Assembly (NCBI RefSeq): GCF_009914755.1
Contig: NC_060939.1
From: the human T2T-CHM13v2.0 reference genome, Homo sapiens
Reading direction: 5' to 3' (one strand)
Length of the DNA stretch: 64,000 bases
The notes beneath the pieces were generated by a model, which was not told where the DNA came from, did not search any database, and saw only the letters and a program-made list of their open reading frames with translations. This document shows, piece after piece, positions 39,605 through 54,616 of the stretch; position 1 is the first letter of the stretch; every line of letters begins with the position of its first letter. A program made the position numbers and the translations under genes.

Positions 39605-39675
39605 CGTGTGCACATGCACACACACACACACGCACATATACACATGCAAACACACACATGCACACACACTCACAC
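39605..39675. repeat. Degenerate (CA)n tract
   Basis: Directly visible. Confidence 0.85.
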
Positions 39676-40070
39676 TGGCAGTCTTCTCAGGGAAAGCAGC
39701 TGATGATTATGTTTCCGCAACTGAATAAAATCAAACCCAAACCACAAGGTAACAGCAGCCGTCTGGCCCGCCCTACACATGGCATTTCTGGGCACAGTGT
39801 GGCCGATTATATCCTTCACCCCACGGCTCTTTCAGCCCTGCTGTTTCTGGCTCTCCTCAAGATTCTCTTTCCCTTTAAGACATCAGGCGGGTGCTTGTCA
39901 ATTAGAGTGAGCCACAGAGAAAAGCTGTCTGTGCTCCGGGAGAGGTGAACCTGCTTCTTGATGAGCCCTTCCTGAGCCAGCAGCAGGCCTCCTGCCCAGA
40001 GAGGATGGGGCAGAGAGATCTGACCAGGGGATGGGCAGAGGGAGCCTCACACATTCCTGCTCCGAGGAGT

Positions 40071-40087
40071 GGGAGGGTGGGTGGGGG
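40071..40087 (+). other. G-quadruplex motif with 1-nt loops
   Basis: GGGAGGGTGGGTGGGGG. Confidence 0.8.
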
Positions 40088-43000
40088 CAGAGTAGGAGCC
40101 TTCACCACAGAAAAACAATGCGTCTTCAATTGTACAGAAAGCCACTGGGATCAGAAGCTGCTCACGCTGTTTAAGAGATGCTTAAGGAAAATGGGGCCAC
40201 CTCAGAGGCACCTCTCCTGACCCTTCTCTGCCACCCCTAGCCCCGTGCTCAGGGTCAGAGTTGCCTCCCATGTCGCACACTTATGCTGTGTTTACCCCAC
40301 CATTATCCTGGCTGCAGCTGACTACTTCCCACTTGAACTCCTCGAGGCAGGAACTAGATTCTCCGGTGCTGTGCTTCCAGCACCATGCCCAGCACAGAGA
40401 GGGGGTTCACTCAGTGCTTGTGCAGGGACTGACATCTAGGCAAGCTTCCTTTTGCAGAAGAGGAAACTGGTGCTTAGAGAGAAAGACAGGGAAGGGAGTG
40501 GGGCCGTGGGGGAAGGAAATCCCCCCTTCTGGAATACCAGGGAGCATGTTAGGCATCTGGCACTCATTTGTTCATTTTCCTCTCAGAACCCTGGTGAATT
40601 AGGCTTCACTGCCTTGCAGACTTCCTAGTGAGTGCTGGGACATCCATTTATTTGGGAGAGAACAAAATGCACAGTTGTACGAAGGCAAAGGCTGAACAGT
40701 TGGGGAGAGCAACAGTTGGAGAGAAGAGCATCAGAGGCCTCGTGGTAAACCCAAATGAGAGCTGCGCTGTGCGGGAGGATGCCTGGGAGGCACCAACGCC
40801 CCTGGAACTTAGATCTGGACGGCCTTGCAGGCAAAGATACACAATCCCCCAAGTTAAAATGTTGAAGGGCAACAGACCAAAACCAGAACAACACAGTTTC
40901 CACCTCCTCCCCTTCACCTTTGCCCATTAGCAGAGTTAAATTTATACCAGAGTTAAATTTCTATGTATGAACTCACACACAGAAACCAATATACACTACT
41001 ACTGGAAACGTAAATCACGACAACTCTTTTGGATGGCAACGGACGTAAAAATAACTTAAAAATATAAAATTACTTGTGACACACAAAGAATAAGAGATTA
41101 TTAAACAGCATCAAGTAATTTACCAACTTTGAAAATAGAGGAAAATGTATCATACATGTATTCATGTACTCTGGAAGGTTCCCTACTGAAGGCAGGCCCT
41201 ATTGGGATTCTCGGAGTCTATCTTTCCATAGTAAGTCCCTGAGAGGTCAGTCTTATTTTCCAACTGTCTGTGCTATGCACATACGCATCCCTGCATTATA
41301 TCAGTACTTGTTTAAAGTCACCTGATGTTAGAGCTGAAGGCACTTTCACGTTCATTTATTCTAACCCCCTTATTTTACATGTGGGAAAATTGAGAGCTCA
41401 ATGAGTTTTCTCAAAGTTAATAGTGGAGGTGGGCCTGGAATACTGCATATTTCTAAAATGTCCCATTTAATGCCACTCTTTAACTACAGACCACACCAAC
41501 TCCCCTCAGAAGAATGCAGAGTACACAAATTTTAAATAAGGAAGAAATTGCATGCTTGCCATCAAGAGGTGTACCGCTTGTCCACACCATCTCCGCTTTT
41601 CTCTTGCCCTGGAGGCCCCAGCAGCAGAATTGTGAGCACATAAGCCATGGAGGATGACGCTGCAGAGGAGAACATGTGTTCCTGTGGTCAGGGCATCAGC
41701 CACCATCGCCCTGCTCGGGGCCCCTTCACAGGGACCAGAGAGAGCAGTGGTGATAAGGTGTGGCCGAGGGCTGTTCTTTTTGAGCCATTTTAGTGATGCT
41801 GGGATGTTATGCAAGGAAATCTTTGGCATTGCAGTAATCCTGGATTATAAATAATTTAGCATATTTCTTTGTAAACTACAGGCCAGAATCCTTGCAAATA
41901 AGAAAGGATTAACTTTTTTAGAAGTACTTGCTCTTGAGACTTTAAGTTCAAGGCAGAACAATGCTTGCCGTGGTAATTCCATCTATTTTAAGATCACAAA
42001 ACCATACCAAGTTGAAACCAGAGCAGAAGATATTAATGCAGTGCTCTCTCTGAAGTGCCCAATAGTGGGACGAGAAAGCTTTCAAAGGGAATTAAGTAGA
42101 CAGAGAAAGCTCCCTGTTCATGTCCAAATCACAAGGAGGCGGTTGAATAGGATTCACAGTTCTCCGTGGGAAGGACCCACACCACAGCTAATGTTCAAAA
42201 CAGGGGGGAGATGTCTCGGGAAGATCAAGGACCCAGAATTCTGCTGTTAGAATCAGCTGCCTGCCCATTAGAGCCTCAAAAGGACCCTCTACCATGTGTG
42301 AGCCAATATGATCCTGCAAATGAGCCCATTTTTCTTTTTGTAACTGGCCCAAACTTTATCTGAAGGAAGCTATCATTATGTAATATTTCCAAAGCACCCT
42401 TGATGTAAACTTCAGATCTGATATGTGGGTGTATGTATGTGCACGTGTGTGTGCACATTGTGTGTGTGCATGTGTGCAGTGGGAGAGGGTGAAAGGACAG
42501 TGAAGAGTCAGATGTACATACAAAGTAGAAAAACTGATGGGCAGCTGCTCTGAATATGCAGGAACAGAGAAGCATCCAGGGAGACCCTCAGGTCAAGGCT
42601 CAGCACCTGGTACATCACACAGACAACAGACATGAGAGGAACAATATTAGCTCCAGAGAAAGTCAGAGCCAGGAACAGTAGAAAAGTCAAACGGGCAGCA
42701 AGAGGCGGAGACTCAGAAACCATCAGCCAGTAAGTAGGTGGCAAGGCAGGAGCATGAAGGACTAGGACAGTCAGTGAACTGCACCTCCAAAGCCTGTCCT
42801 CCAGTGCCCACTCTGCTCTGGCCTCTGCCTGTCTTTCCAGCCTCATTTCCTGCTATTCTGCACGTGACTCCTTTACTCCACCAAATTATAAATGCAGCCT
42901 ACTCTGCATGCTGTTTTCTAGCTTCTTGCCTTTGGTTTTTCTGTTCTTTGTGCTAAGAAAATCCTTTCTCCCTTCTCCTAAAAATGTATCTCATTTTCCA

Positions 43001-43319
43001 AGATTTAGCTTTATGGTCACCACCTCCTGGATGCCTTCGTGGCTTCCCAAACCTTCAGGGTGGGTTTAGTACCACTCCTACAAGCTCTGATGATATCCTG
43101 CCAATTTCCAAGCTTCCTCCAGAGGAAGATGACAAAGAAGTTTCATCTTTGAAAAAAGCTCTAAAAGAATTATGGCTGTTTGGGGCAGGCGCTGTGTTGA
43201 GAATGATTCCGAGGCCTCATCCAGAATCCATTGGAAAGACTGCTGCAGTCAGTTACGGATGCCTGCCATTTAAGGGTGTGGGTTGAAGTTTAGCCATTCC
43301 TGATGAGGCCAACATCTTC

Positions 43320-43440
43320 ATTAGGCAGATGAGGAACCTGAGGCTGAAAGATGGGAAATGTCTTGCCCAGTGTTACAAGGCTGGGTAACAGCACACTCAG
43401 ATGGGAATTCCAGGTCTTGGGATTCCTAAGCAAGTACTCC
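43320..43440 (-). mobile_element. MIR SINE
   Basis: CAGATGAGGAACCTGAGGCT...CTTGCCCA. Confidence 0.65.
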
Positions 43441-44924
43441 ATTTAAATAAGATTCCCAAAGATTCTAAATCAGGAATATTGAAACTCTTAACATATTTTT
43501 AACTTTTTTCCAGGGGAGGAGGGTAATTATATAGTGAAGGAGCCAGTGAAGAAAAACTTGAAGCTTTTGCAATTTTGCTTGGACACCCACTCACCTGAAC
43601 CCGTGCCTTATAATGTTTTCTCCTGCCCAATCCTCCAAAAGTCCCCGCCTTTATGCTTTTTTTAAGTGAGCACTGTTGGTACCACCAGTGTCTATTACCC
43701 AGGTTAAAATGAAGACTTCGAGCTGACTCTCCTGGTATCACGAATATACAATCAAAATGGATGCCTACACCTCTGTGTCAGGGAGGAAAAGTAGAGGAAG
43801 TTGAAGCCACATTTTCCAACTTCATCCTTCACTCCTTTCACTCTAGAGGCTGAAACTTTCCTGACAAAGAAATATACTTAGAATGGTTTCATTAGATAAA
43901 CTCTTTCCCTATCTTACTGTGAAAGAAATTTTCCAGTGAGTTCCAGTTTCAGGAGGTTACAAGGTAAAAGGGAAGGAAAGTTGGCATGCTCCCAGCCTGA
44001 CAAGAAGTTGTCGCATTACCATCAACGTCACATAAATTTAGCTGGAACATTGTATCGGATTCTATAATGCACTTACGTGAGCGATTAAATGGTGAGAAAC
44101 ACATAACATTTGCCTGCCCACCCCCTCTCCCATTGCCCTCTGCTTCTGTGAGAGTTTGGGATTCCAGATGAATTCTCCCAGCATAGCCTCAGCTTGCAAA
44201 GGGTCATCTAACCTTTAAACTTCAGTCCAGCAAAGCAGGCTGAAGAGAATCACCAGGGTGTCTCCTGTTATGTGCTTCAACATCAAATGACCTGCTTCAC
44301 CAGGTTACCCAAGGACACAGCTTTAACCAAAGACGTGAGAATTCCCAGAACTGGAAGCAAATGCGAGCTGATGATAGGACATTCCCCAAACCCCCTATCC
44401 CAGGATGCTCGACAGCAATTAGCAGCCATGTCCTTTGTCTCACCTCTGCTGTGTTTTTAGCAGCTCAGTTTCTTCAGAGGACAAGGCAAGAGGGAATGGG
44501 ATTAGGCTGGGAGCCCTGGTTTTCTGAGGGAAGAGGGTATTAAACATTTTCACTTGGAGTTTCTCTGAAGGGTTTCTGGACAACCAAACCCCCACTCCGC
44601 GCCCCTGCGAAACTCCTCCTGGCACCGCCCCTGACTTTCTATTTTCTTTAGGTGCCCACCTTACCCCTCCACAAGAAATCAAAGCAGCCGATATGCAGTT
44701 GAATTTCCAAGTGGATTCCCTTGTATCCGTTTGTCTGGGTGTGTGTGTGTGTTTTAAAAAAATTTTAAATTTTGGATAAGCCCTCTAAGAAAGAGGCTCC
44801 TAAGGGAAGCGGGGGCTGAAGGAAGGAAGAAGTGGGTGACAAAGCCTCTAGGGGATCAATAAATTCAGCTGCTCCTGTGTACAAGGGAAAGGGCAGTGCA
44901 GGAAGTCAGATGGGAGAAGAAATC

Positions 44925-45090
44925 CCAGAATCATAAATTTTAAAGCTGAAAGGATCTTTAGAGGTCACCTGGCATAACCTCCTCTATTTTATAAATGAGG
45001 AAACTAAAAGTCAGACATGCTAATGGACCTGCCCAAGGTTATGTAACTTGGCGATGAGAAAAGGAGGACCCAAACCCAGACCTCTCAAGT
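44925..45090 (-). mobile_element. MIR3/MIR SINE
   Basis: AGAATCATA...GGATCTTTAGAGGTCA...TTTTATAAATGAGGAAACT...CTGCCCAAGGT. Confidence 0.65.
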
Positions 45091-45742
45091 CCCCCGTCTG
45101 GGCCCCTTCATCTTCTTCACAGCCCACAGCAGCTGCCACCTCGGCCGAGCAGCCATTTTGATCGCTAAAGTGCCTGCGGGAAGACCCCATGGCCACCCCC
45201 AGACACTTCCCATGATGCTCCTCTCCTCAGAAGCCATGTCATGGCTGCCCACTCTCTCCAAAGACTCCCTCCACCAGCCACGCGGCCCGCAGCCAGAGTT
45301 CTTCCTGTGAAGAGCCCTCACCGCTTCACTTTTCATGTGAAGCTGGCAAAGCCGCTTCAGCGATCATTTTTTAACACGGCAGCTCCCTGACAAGAGGATT
45401 AAAGCAGGCGGCTTTCAAAAAAGTATCAAGAATAATTTAAAATGCAATATGTTAATGCTTGTCTAGAGTTTTGTACACTTTCGTGAAAAGTCATCAATCT
45501 CTCCCGCCACACCCTAACGACAATCCTGTAACTGGCACGGTTTTCTGACATTAAGAAAAAAAATTAGTGAACACAGTCATAAATTAGGACCAGAAATCTA
45601 ACTGCAGATGAGGCTTCCGAAGTCACAAAGCAAAATTGGGCGTGGAGTCACAAACTGAGGATTTTTGAGGGAGTAGGTGGTGGTTATTTTGGAGGATGGT
45701 TCCTTTGCAGTCTTCCTGGAGGATGAGCAAGGGGATCAGAAA

Positions 45743-45927
45743 ACTGCCGCTCAAACGCTAGTGTGCATCAGAATCACCTGGAGAGTTTGTGAAAACAGAT
45801 TGCTGGGCTCCCTCCCTAGACTTTCGGATTCTGCAGGTCTGGGGCAAGGCCTGAGAATATGCATTTCTAGCCCGTTCCCAGGAGCTGATGCTGCTGGCCT
45901 GGGGAACCATGCTTTGGGAACCTCTGG
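45743..45927. mobile_element. MER5A (hAT-Charlie)
   Basis: TGCATCAGAATCACCTGGAG...AAAACAGATTGCTGGG...GGCCTGAGAATATGCATTTCTA...TGATGCTGCTGG...TTTGGGAACC. Confidence 0.9.
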
Positions 45928-48191
45928 GCTGAAAAGACACTTTCAGGCCTCCCCTGGTGTTAGGACTTCATTAAAATATAGAAGCAAGAATGTGAGGTGC
46001 AACTTAAACATCCCTGCACAGGCACAGCAGGCAAGGCGGGAAATGAAATCGCACAGACACCAGGGCTCGTTGTCACAGCATCAAGCAGTGCCTTAAACAG
46101 GGAGGTAAGCAGTGTCCTCCAGCTGCTACAGTCACCTCTAAAAAGATAATGCCTGTCTGAGCAAAAGCAAACACCAGAAGGCTTAAAAACCTGGGGTCCC
46201 CATGCTCATTCCTCAAGCAGTTGAAAATGTCTTTATGTAGAGAAAGTACAGTGTAAATAGAAAGTAGGGCTCGATTTCCACAAGCTCAAGTCAAAGAATC
46301 TGCTGAGAAGGCCACATGACACACGAAATGAAATCCAGGTCCTTGATACCCGGAGGCAAGAAAGCGAACGGAAGATCCAAGACAATCCAAAGGTTCCTGA
46401 ATTTTTACAGTAAACAGTTCTGATCGGATTCACTTGCTATTTTGGAACATACATGAAGTTCATTAACTGGCATATATTAAAAAAGAAAAAAAATTAGAAA
46501 AAGAAGGAGCTGGAGGACAAATCAGTAATTGCTCCTTTAGAGCAAACCAAAGTTACTGAGAAAATCTCCTATAAAGGCTCTGTCAAAACAAGTCACTTAA
46601 GGATTAGTGAGAGCTAAATCCTCCGTCAGAGAGATTTTTCTCAACAGTCGTAAATGGGTTTTAGTATCGGAAAATCTTAGAAAATATACTTCTCCTGCCT
46701 CCACCCCCCTCTCAGAATGGCTCTTTCAATAGCTCGGCATCTTGTGGGAGCACAGTATTTCCTTAGGCTGAGGCTTTTTATTTAAAAAATAAAATAAAAT
46801 AAACTCTGTCATTCATGGCAAAGTCAGTGGCTGGAAATAACTCTTTACAGGCATGGAGTGCATGTTTCAGAGGCTTGCCCATACAACGCACATGGTCAAG
46901 TACAGCCTCAGCAATTTCCCTCCTAACAATTAGTATAAGCTAGGGCTCTTACTTTGACTTTTTACCTTGTTCCACTTTTGGTCTCATTTTCTTAAGGCTT
47001 CACTGCTCAATTTGTTCATTTTGTGAGGCAAGAGCTTAAAGTTCATCCTTAAAAATGCGTAGGTGATTCAGTTTTTTAATTAGAAAAAAGCAAACACTGC
47101 TAATCCCAAACCTTTTCAATGGCAGCCTTCTAGGGGCACACATTTTAATTCCATCAGTAAAGGGTCATCTTATTCATTCTCTTATAATCATCGTGGGGGC
47201 CCATGCTGTATTTCTGGGCAGTCTCTGGAGTCTATGACACTGGATTACAGAGGTCTGTCTCTGTTCATTAAGTGAGTGTTCAGAGAAGACCCACTCATCC
47301 TGTAAGCACTTAGAGACACTCTGGAGTTTGATCCTCATGAGAGGGTGACCTGGCAAGGCCATTTTCCTGTCTGCTTCCCAGATGGTCACACTCTTCTTTG
47401 TCTGCCCAAGCCTTTTTTATCTTATCAGTACTCAAAGCTAACGCATCTTAGACATCGTTGGTACCAATCAATGGAAAGCTAACACACTTGCACAACAGTC
47501 CATATGCGAATAAGCATTGATTTTACCCCCCTTGGTTATAGACTGCATTTCTAAACTTTCCATTTCCTCCATTAGACCCTTTAAAAACATCCATTTGTCA
47601 GACATAAATATTTCTCCTGATACCCACACAGGAAGTCTTAGTTACAGGCCTGGTTTTAGGCATTACTATACTAGGCCATTCCTTAGCATGTGTGACATGA
47701 GTGAGTAATCAGAAATCCCAACCCCAAAATATTTCCCTTCCCAATCTACCTTATACCCAAAATTTCACCACTGCAAAATCCTTAAGACACTTTCAAGTCC
47801 AGAAATACCCTTTTAATATTAAATTATTCTGAGAGGCAACCCATTAAGCCTGTTTAATTAGCAAGACTCTGGAGAATTTAGCTTTTTTTTTTTTTTTTTT
47901 TGGCTGCATAGCCAAGGGAATTTAGGGTTGGAATGACACAGGCCTGAGTGGAAATTCAAGAGCTGTCATTTCCTAGCACCATGAAGTTGGGCAAGTCACT
48001 TAACCTCTAAGAGGCTCAGCTCTATCACTTTATCTAAGTGGGGCCTGACACTTGGGTAGTACTCAATAAGAAAATTTCCTTTCTCATGAGGTGGCTGCTC
48101 AGGGAGAGATGGTCAGGACAGAATATCTACCCAAGGTTGAGAAGACAGAGGAGAAACCAGGGCACATCCTGGAGAAGGCAGCTTCAGGAGT

Positions 48192-48218
48192 GGGTCCTGG
48201 GGTCTGGGGTGGGGTGGG
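48192..48218 (+). other. G-quadruplex motif (5 G-tracts)
   Basis: GGGTCCTGGGGTCTGGGGTGGGGTGGG. Confidence 0.7.
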
Positions 48219-49544
48219 AGACGTTTTCGATGTTGTTTAATGGGCGGTAGTGGGACCAAGGAGAGTTCCAGTCACTTGGAAAACAGGACTGCAGAGTGGA
48301 GGCAAGAGCCATAGAAAAGAGAGAAAGCCCTAGAAGGGGCTAGGAGGGCCATCTTCTGCCACTTCACTCATCTGTGGATCACCAGGTCTACCCACAGTTT
48401 TACAAATTTCACTCCAGTTCTGCCCTAACTTATTACATATCAGGGCCTTTCACTCATTATCTCAAAAATGACATATAGAGATCTTTGCCTGTGGGGTTAA
48501 TGAGTAATCAGGAGGTATCACATTAATCTCCATTTCACTCCAGAATAAGTTAAACAGTTGCCTCAAATCCTTCTCCTGTAGAGGAAGAGGGGTGTAAATA
48601 CGAGGTAAATATGTAAAGAAAAGCATGAACCAATGACCTCAGTAATGGTTCCAGAGACCAGGACTCCCTATTCTGGGGGTGAGGATAAAAGTTTCCATGT
48701 CTGATTTACCCTTGCTCAGGGATGAACCCATGTTTCTGTATTCCACATCCACTGGATAGATGCCCTGCAGCTAAAGACATCTTTTTGAGCCCCCAAATTG
48801 AAGCCTTTGGATTTCCCTATGACATGTGAATTGTATTTATGTAGGTATTCTGATGAAATTGCACTTCCCTCAAAAAGATGAAACTTAAATGAAAGAGGAT
48901 GAACCTGGAACATGTGCAGTGTGAAAATTTACACAGCGAAGGAGCTAAGTCTCAGCCATGATCAGTCTATTTTGAGCTTCCTGTTAAGCACCAAAGTGAT
49001 GGAATAGGACAAAGAAAAATTGTACCCATAATAAATAGAGGATGACCCCTGTGAAAAGTAAAGATAGAGCCCATATTGGATTAGAAAAAGACTTGATATT
49101 TCCCTCCACCTTTACCTCCTTCTAAGTCTATCCAGGAGTAACAAAAATGATGAACATGGGATCTTAAGTAGTCAAAAAACTGTAAGATTAGGAAAGGAAG
49201 CTGTAATTGTTTAGAATCTACTATGTGCTAGGGATTTTAGGTGTACTGCCTCATGCAATAGATGAGATGAGAGCACAATGAAGAATACTTTTCTCCACTT
49301 TACAGGCCAAAGAAGCAGAGGCTCAGCTTGGCTCAACTGCATATCAGTAAATGACAGGAATAAGATTCAAACTGAGTTCTGATGACTCCAAAGAATGTGT
49401 GGGGCAGGGTCAGGATGGTCTTTAGGCTTTGGAGGCCTTCTCTTTACTGGAGGCACAGGCTTTGTTCTAGGTTGTAGGAAGAGAAGTAAATAAACTGGTA
49501 AATCTTTCTGTATAATTTTCTCAGGGTTGAAATGGTGGCAGGGG

Positions 49545-49861
<317 letters not shown>

Positions 49862-51741
49862 GAAATGGAGGCAGGAAAGGCAGAACTCTTCAGAAAACAA
49901 GGCAATGCATTCTGGCTTTTTTGGTTTTTGAGAAACATCACATAGGCTGGATGGTGAAGTGCTCTAAGAATATCTATTCAAAATGACTATGAAAAGGTTC
50001 TATCTAGCATACAGTTTTCAGGAAGCGGATATGAGGGCACAGGGGATGGGTTTGGGGTCAATGAATGCATGTTCTCAGGCTTACTAATAGATGAGACCAT
50101 GGTAGATATTCCCTTGAGCTTCCAGAAAGCACCCAGCAAGTTAATGCATTCATGCCACTGTAAACTAGCATTTGAGTAAGGGGTGGTCCAAACACCCTAC
50201 TTATGGAGGCAAAGAGCAGCAGCTCATCTGCAGACCACTAGGGGTTGTTCGCAATGCAACAGAAACCACGTCTTATCCTTGACAGGGCAGCCAATAGGTA
50301 ATCATGTTTTACACATGTCATTTTCCAACTTCATCTTCTTTCATCCTTCTGTAGTATCTCCCAGGGAAGATCTCATAGAAGTAACTGCATATACCAGTTT
50401 CAAACACCCTCAATATGAAGAGCATGGAACTCTGCATTCAGCTACCTGGGCATGTCAAAAGCACATCATGCAATAAGCCAATGTTTAGTATATGGTCCAA
50501 CATGGACGTGGTACCTTCACAGCTCTTATCTGATTGAAATGCATAGATGTGGATAGGAAATGACATGCTTACTAATTTTCTGAGAGGAAAAAGGGGAAAT
50601 CCAGTATAGTGACTGAGTGAAAAGTTAGTAATAAAAGGTAAGTGACCCAGACAGGGAGTTTCCTGAGCAAGCATAACCCAGCAGTTTTTAGCCACACTTC
50701 TTTCATGGCTTTCTCTTCAAGTTAGGTTGACAGATATCTGATCCAATGCTTGGCCATCTACTGAAACCACCTCTTACCATTCCACCAGGTAAGGACGTCA
50801 GCAAAAAGCCTTTTCACCACAAGTAGCAACCTACTTTCCAAAACAACTCCCCGCACTTCAAACTAAACCAACGACTAAGTAAACCCAGATTAAATAGAGC
50901 TTTATCAGGATGGAGTTTGAGTAATCTCTAAATCAACAAATTCCAGGGAATGTGTGTACAGAATATCCATTATACAAATGTCAGACCACAAAGTCAAACT
51001 CTTTGTTGAGATGCTGTTAAGGCCTTCCCTAATACAGCCAATATAGCAGAGTGGGAGAAGCAGGGTCATGCTAGCTTCTATTCCAGAGCCTGTTTTTCCT
51101 TATGCAAAGGCCAGTAAAGCAAATTTTCTGCAGAATTATTTTAGTTGTTCCTAAAAAGAACAAGATAGCCTTTCCTCATTAGTCTGAATAGACAGCTCCT
51201 TTTCTGAGTTGCTTTAATTGCTGTGGGTTAAGCTTCACTATCACACATCCTCACAACCATAATACAACTGGCATCATTTGGCGCTTTTTGACTTGGTTAA
51301 GTACAAACTACAAAGTCCAAGATGGGAAAGGTCATTTATTGTCTGCCAGATGGGATGTTTCAAAAGGAAATGATTTAGTCACATCATTAGGAGAAAAGGG
51401 AAGAATTAAAATGTATGCTCACATACAGATTTCGGTACGCACACAAAATGATCAGCACAGGAAAACATAAACAGTAGCCCAACAGCACACAAGTTACAGC
51501 ACACAAGTTACACAGACTTCCTTAAATGGTATCTTCTACATTGATGTTGAAAAATGTGGATTGCTATTTTAATACTGCTGTCATAACAGTCTGGTACAAC
51601 TGGTAGCATGAGGCTGAATATGCCTCAGAGTCAGATAGAGCTGGGTCCAATACGGGACTCTTCACTTACTACTCATGTGTGTTTGGGGCATATATCTTAT
51701 TTCCAAAACTGCCTTATAATCTATAAAATGAGGACCATATG

Positions 51742-52125
<384 letters not shown>

Positions 52126-52303
52126 CTACTTCCTGAATATTATTCCTTTCCACCTCTCCTTAGGTGTGTGTGCATGTGTGTGCATATGTGTTTAGTATTG
52201 AAATTATGCCTATATGTAGAAGGCACACAATAAATACTTCTTGTCATTTACTCAGTAATGGACATTGATCATTTACCTTTTACACTAAGTGAGAAAGTCT
52301 TAA

Positions 52304-52620
<317 letters not shown>

Positions 52621-54549
52621 GATTCATGATGTTCCTAATGGTTCTGTCCATTTTTACAGCCCATCTCAGCTGAAAGAAATATCTAACAGTTCTGTTTATT
52701 TGTAAATTACACCCAAATAACTTAACAAGTATTTATGTCCTAACAACTTGATTTCTGAAAAAAAGAATACACATAAACTAAAAGAAAAATGAGTCCCATT
52801 CACTGTTAAATAATCGTAAGTGCTTAATAGTGAGATGCATGAGCCTGTTGGGCACTACGCAACTTCTCAAACTCTGGCATCAGGTTGGATGCCCTCACCC
52901 TTGTTTCCTGCTCCACACTGATTTTCACATGGTCCTGTTTTATAATACAGCAACTGACAAGAACTTAGCTTCTCAAAGGTATGACATCACTGAAAGAAAG
53001 TTATGCATTCCAGTAGTGAAACTGTGAACTACCTTGAGCTAGTAGTTCACACGGTGCCTGACAGATGTCAAGAATTGCTGTATTTTCCTCAACTATTTAA
53101 AATATTTCCTGGCACCCCTTTGAGGCCACTGCAATGTCCAGGGTGCCTCAGCTCACACCTTGGGAACCCGGAGGCTAATTAACCATAGTGAATCAGATTC
53201 ATTTTCTATGCTACTACTGAAATATGAATTAGACAATATTATAGATAAAGCTGAATAATATGACTTGTTTTAATACAGTTCTAACTCGATTTTCTACTTC
53301 AATTCCATTCTTCAGCCATTGATATTTGGCTTTTTAAAAGCTGTCCTTGTAGTGTCATATGGTCACCAGATAAACTCTGCAGTGAAGGCTCTTTAGATTC
53401 AAATCTATGTTGAACTATTTCAATTTTATGATTTTTTTTTTTTTAAAAACAGAGAGTAACCCAAAGCTTACCAGGTGATCCTTCTTAGTAAAAGGGATTT
53501 GTGGGCTGTGGATCAGCTTCCCACTGATTCATCTGAGATGAAGACAGGACCCTCCATCCTGCAAAAATGGGTTTGAAAAAAGAAAGGAACTCTCCATTTA
53601 CACGTGAGAATGGCTCAGCCCTAAGAATGCTGCTTGCAGGTTCACTGTTCTGCATTTAGAATCCAGGCCTAGAGAAGCAGCACGGCTTGCCTCTGCTGTG
53701 AATCAGACTCTATCTTGTGTTGTTTTAGAGTCATGTCTACATAGCTGAAAGATGATTTGGATCTTTTTCAAGAAGAGAGTGGTAAGGTGAGGTACAGTGA
53801 GGCAGAAGACAATGCTGGTCAATGCTTTAAAATCACTCTCTGAGAGGAAAACCCTTGGTTTCTACTCTCTGCTGATTTCTGTGTTAAAAATACTCCCACC
53901 GTGGTTGAACGAGGTCACTGAATTCAGAGTTAGGGAAAGAGGCACACAATCAGCTCTCACGAGCTGACTCTAGCCCTTCACTGGGCAGAACGCTTTTCTC
54001 CTCTTCTACAGCTGCCCACGGAATGCTCTGAATCTAGGGGCGTACTCCGCTGAAAGGAAGATTTATAAATGCTCACGTTTATTAGCTCCTAATTGAGGAT
54101 ATCTGCCAGACACAATAAATAAAGTTGAAAAACAGAGTGCTTTGGAGAGAAAGTAGGCTAATCCGAAGCTTTTTATTCAGGGGATGAATTCTGGTCTTCC
54201 TCTCTGTATATGGGACACTATCTTGACCTTTCTGGCTGAGTCTATTAGCTCAGAGGTGGCACTCCAGTGGTCAAGTCAACTGGCATTCATCAAGCACCAA
54301 CCACAGGCTTGAAATTTATATTAGTTGTTTTGGAAGGTTCCAGGAGAAGACAATGTAGACTCCTGAGGAGGGGATGATGTAGGTGAGGAGAGAGGCTAAT
54401 GGCACATGAAGCCTGCAAAACTGGGCTCTAGACTCTTCTCATTGCAGCTTCAGAGTAAATCAAGTAACACTGTCTGTCTTCCCAGAGGTACCCTTGGCAG
54501 AGACCAGCAGGATCTGTTGTTTCTACTGTTGGACGCGTTTATGGGCCCT

Positions 54550-54616
54550 ATTGGCCGATTTGGCAAGCAGCTTTATATAAAATGTCTTCCGGAACCATCC
54601 TTTCCCCTGTGAGTCA
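54550..54616 (+). promoter_or_regulatory. Candidate compact promoter/enhancer motif cluster
   Basis: ATTGG 54550, TATATAAA 54574, CTTCCGGAA (ETS) 54586, TGAGTCA (AP-1) 54610; motif match only. Confidence 0.3.

Noticed and set aside
40931-40960. Short direct duplications (CAGAGTTAAATTT x2; also ACAGCACACAAGTT x2 near 51482-51509)
   Set aside because: Ordinary slippage duplications; no spacers or array structure, so not CRISPR-like
50235-50248. Partial CTCF-like matches (CCACTAGGGGTTGT; also near 45135, 56210, 59399)
   Set aside because: Each lacks a high-information half of the core motif
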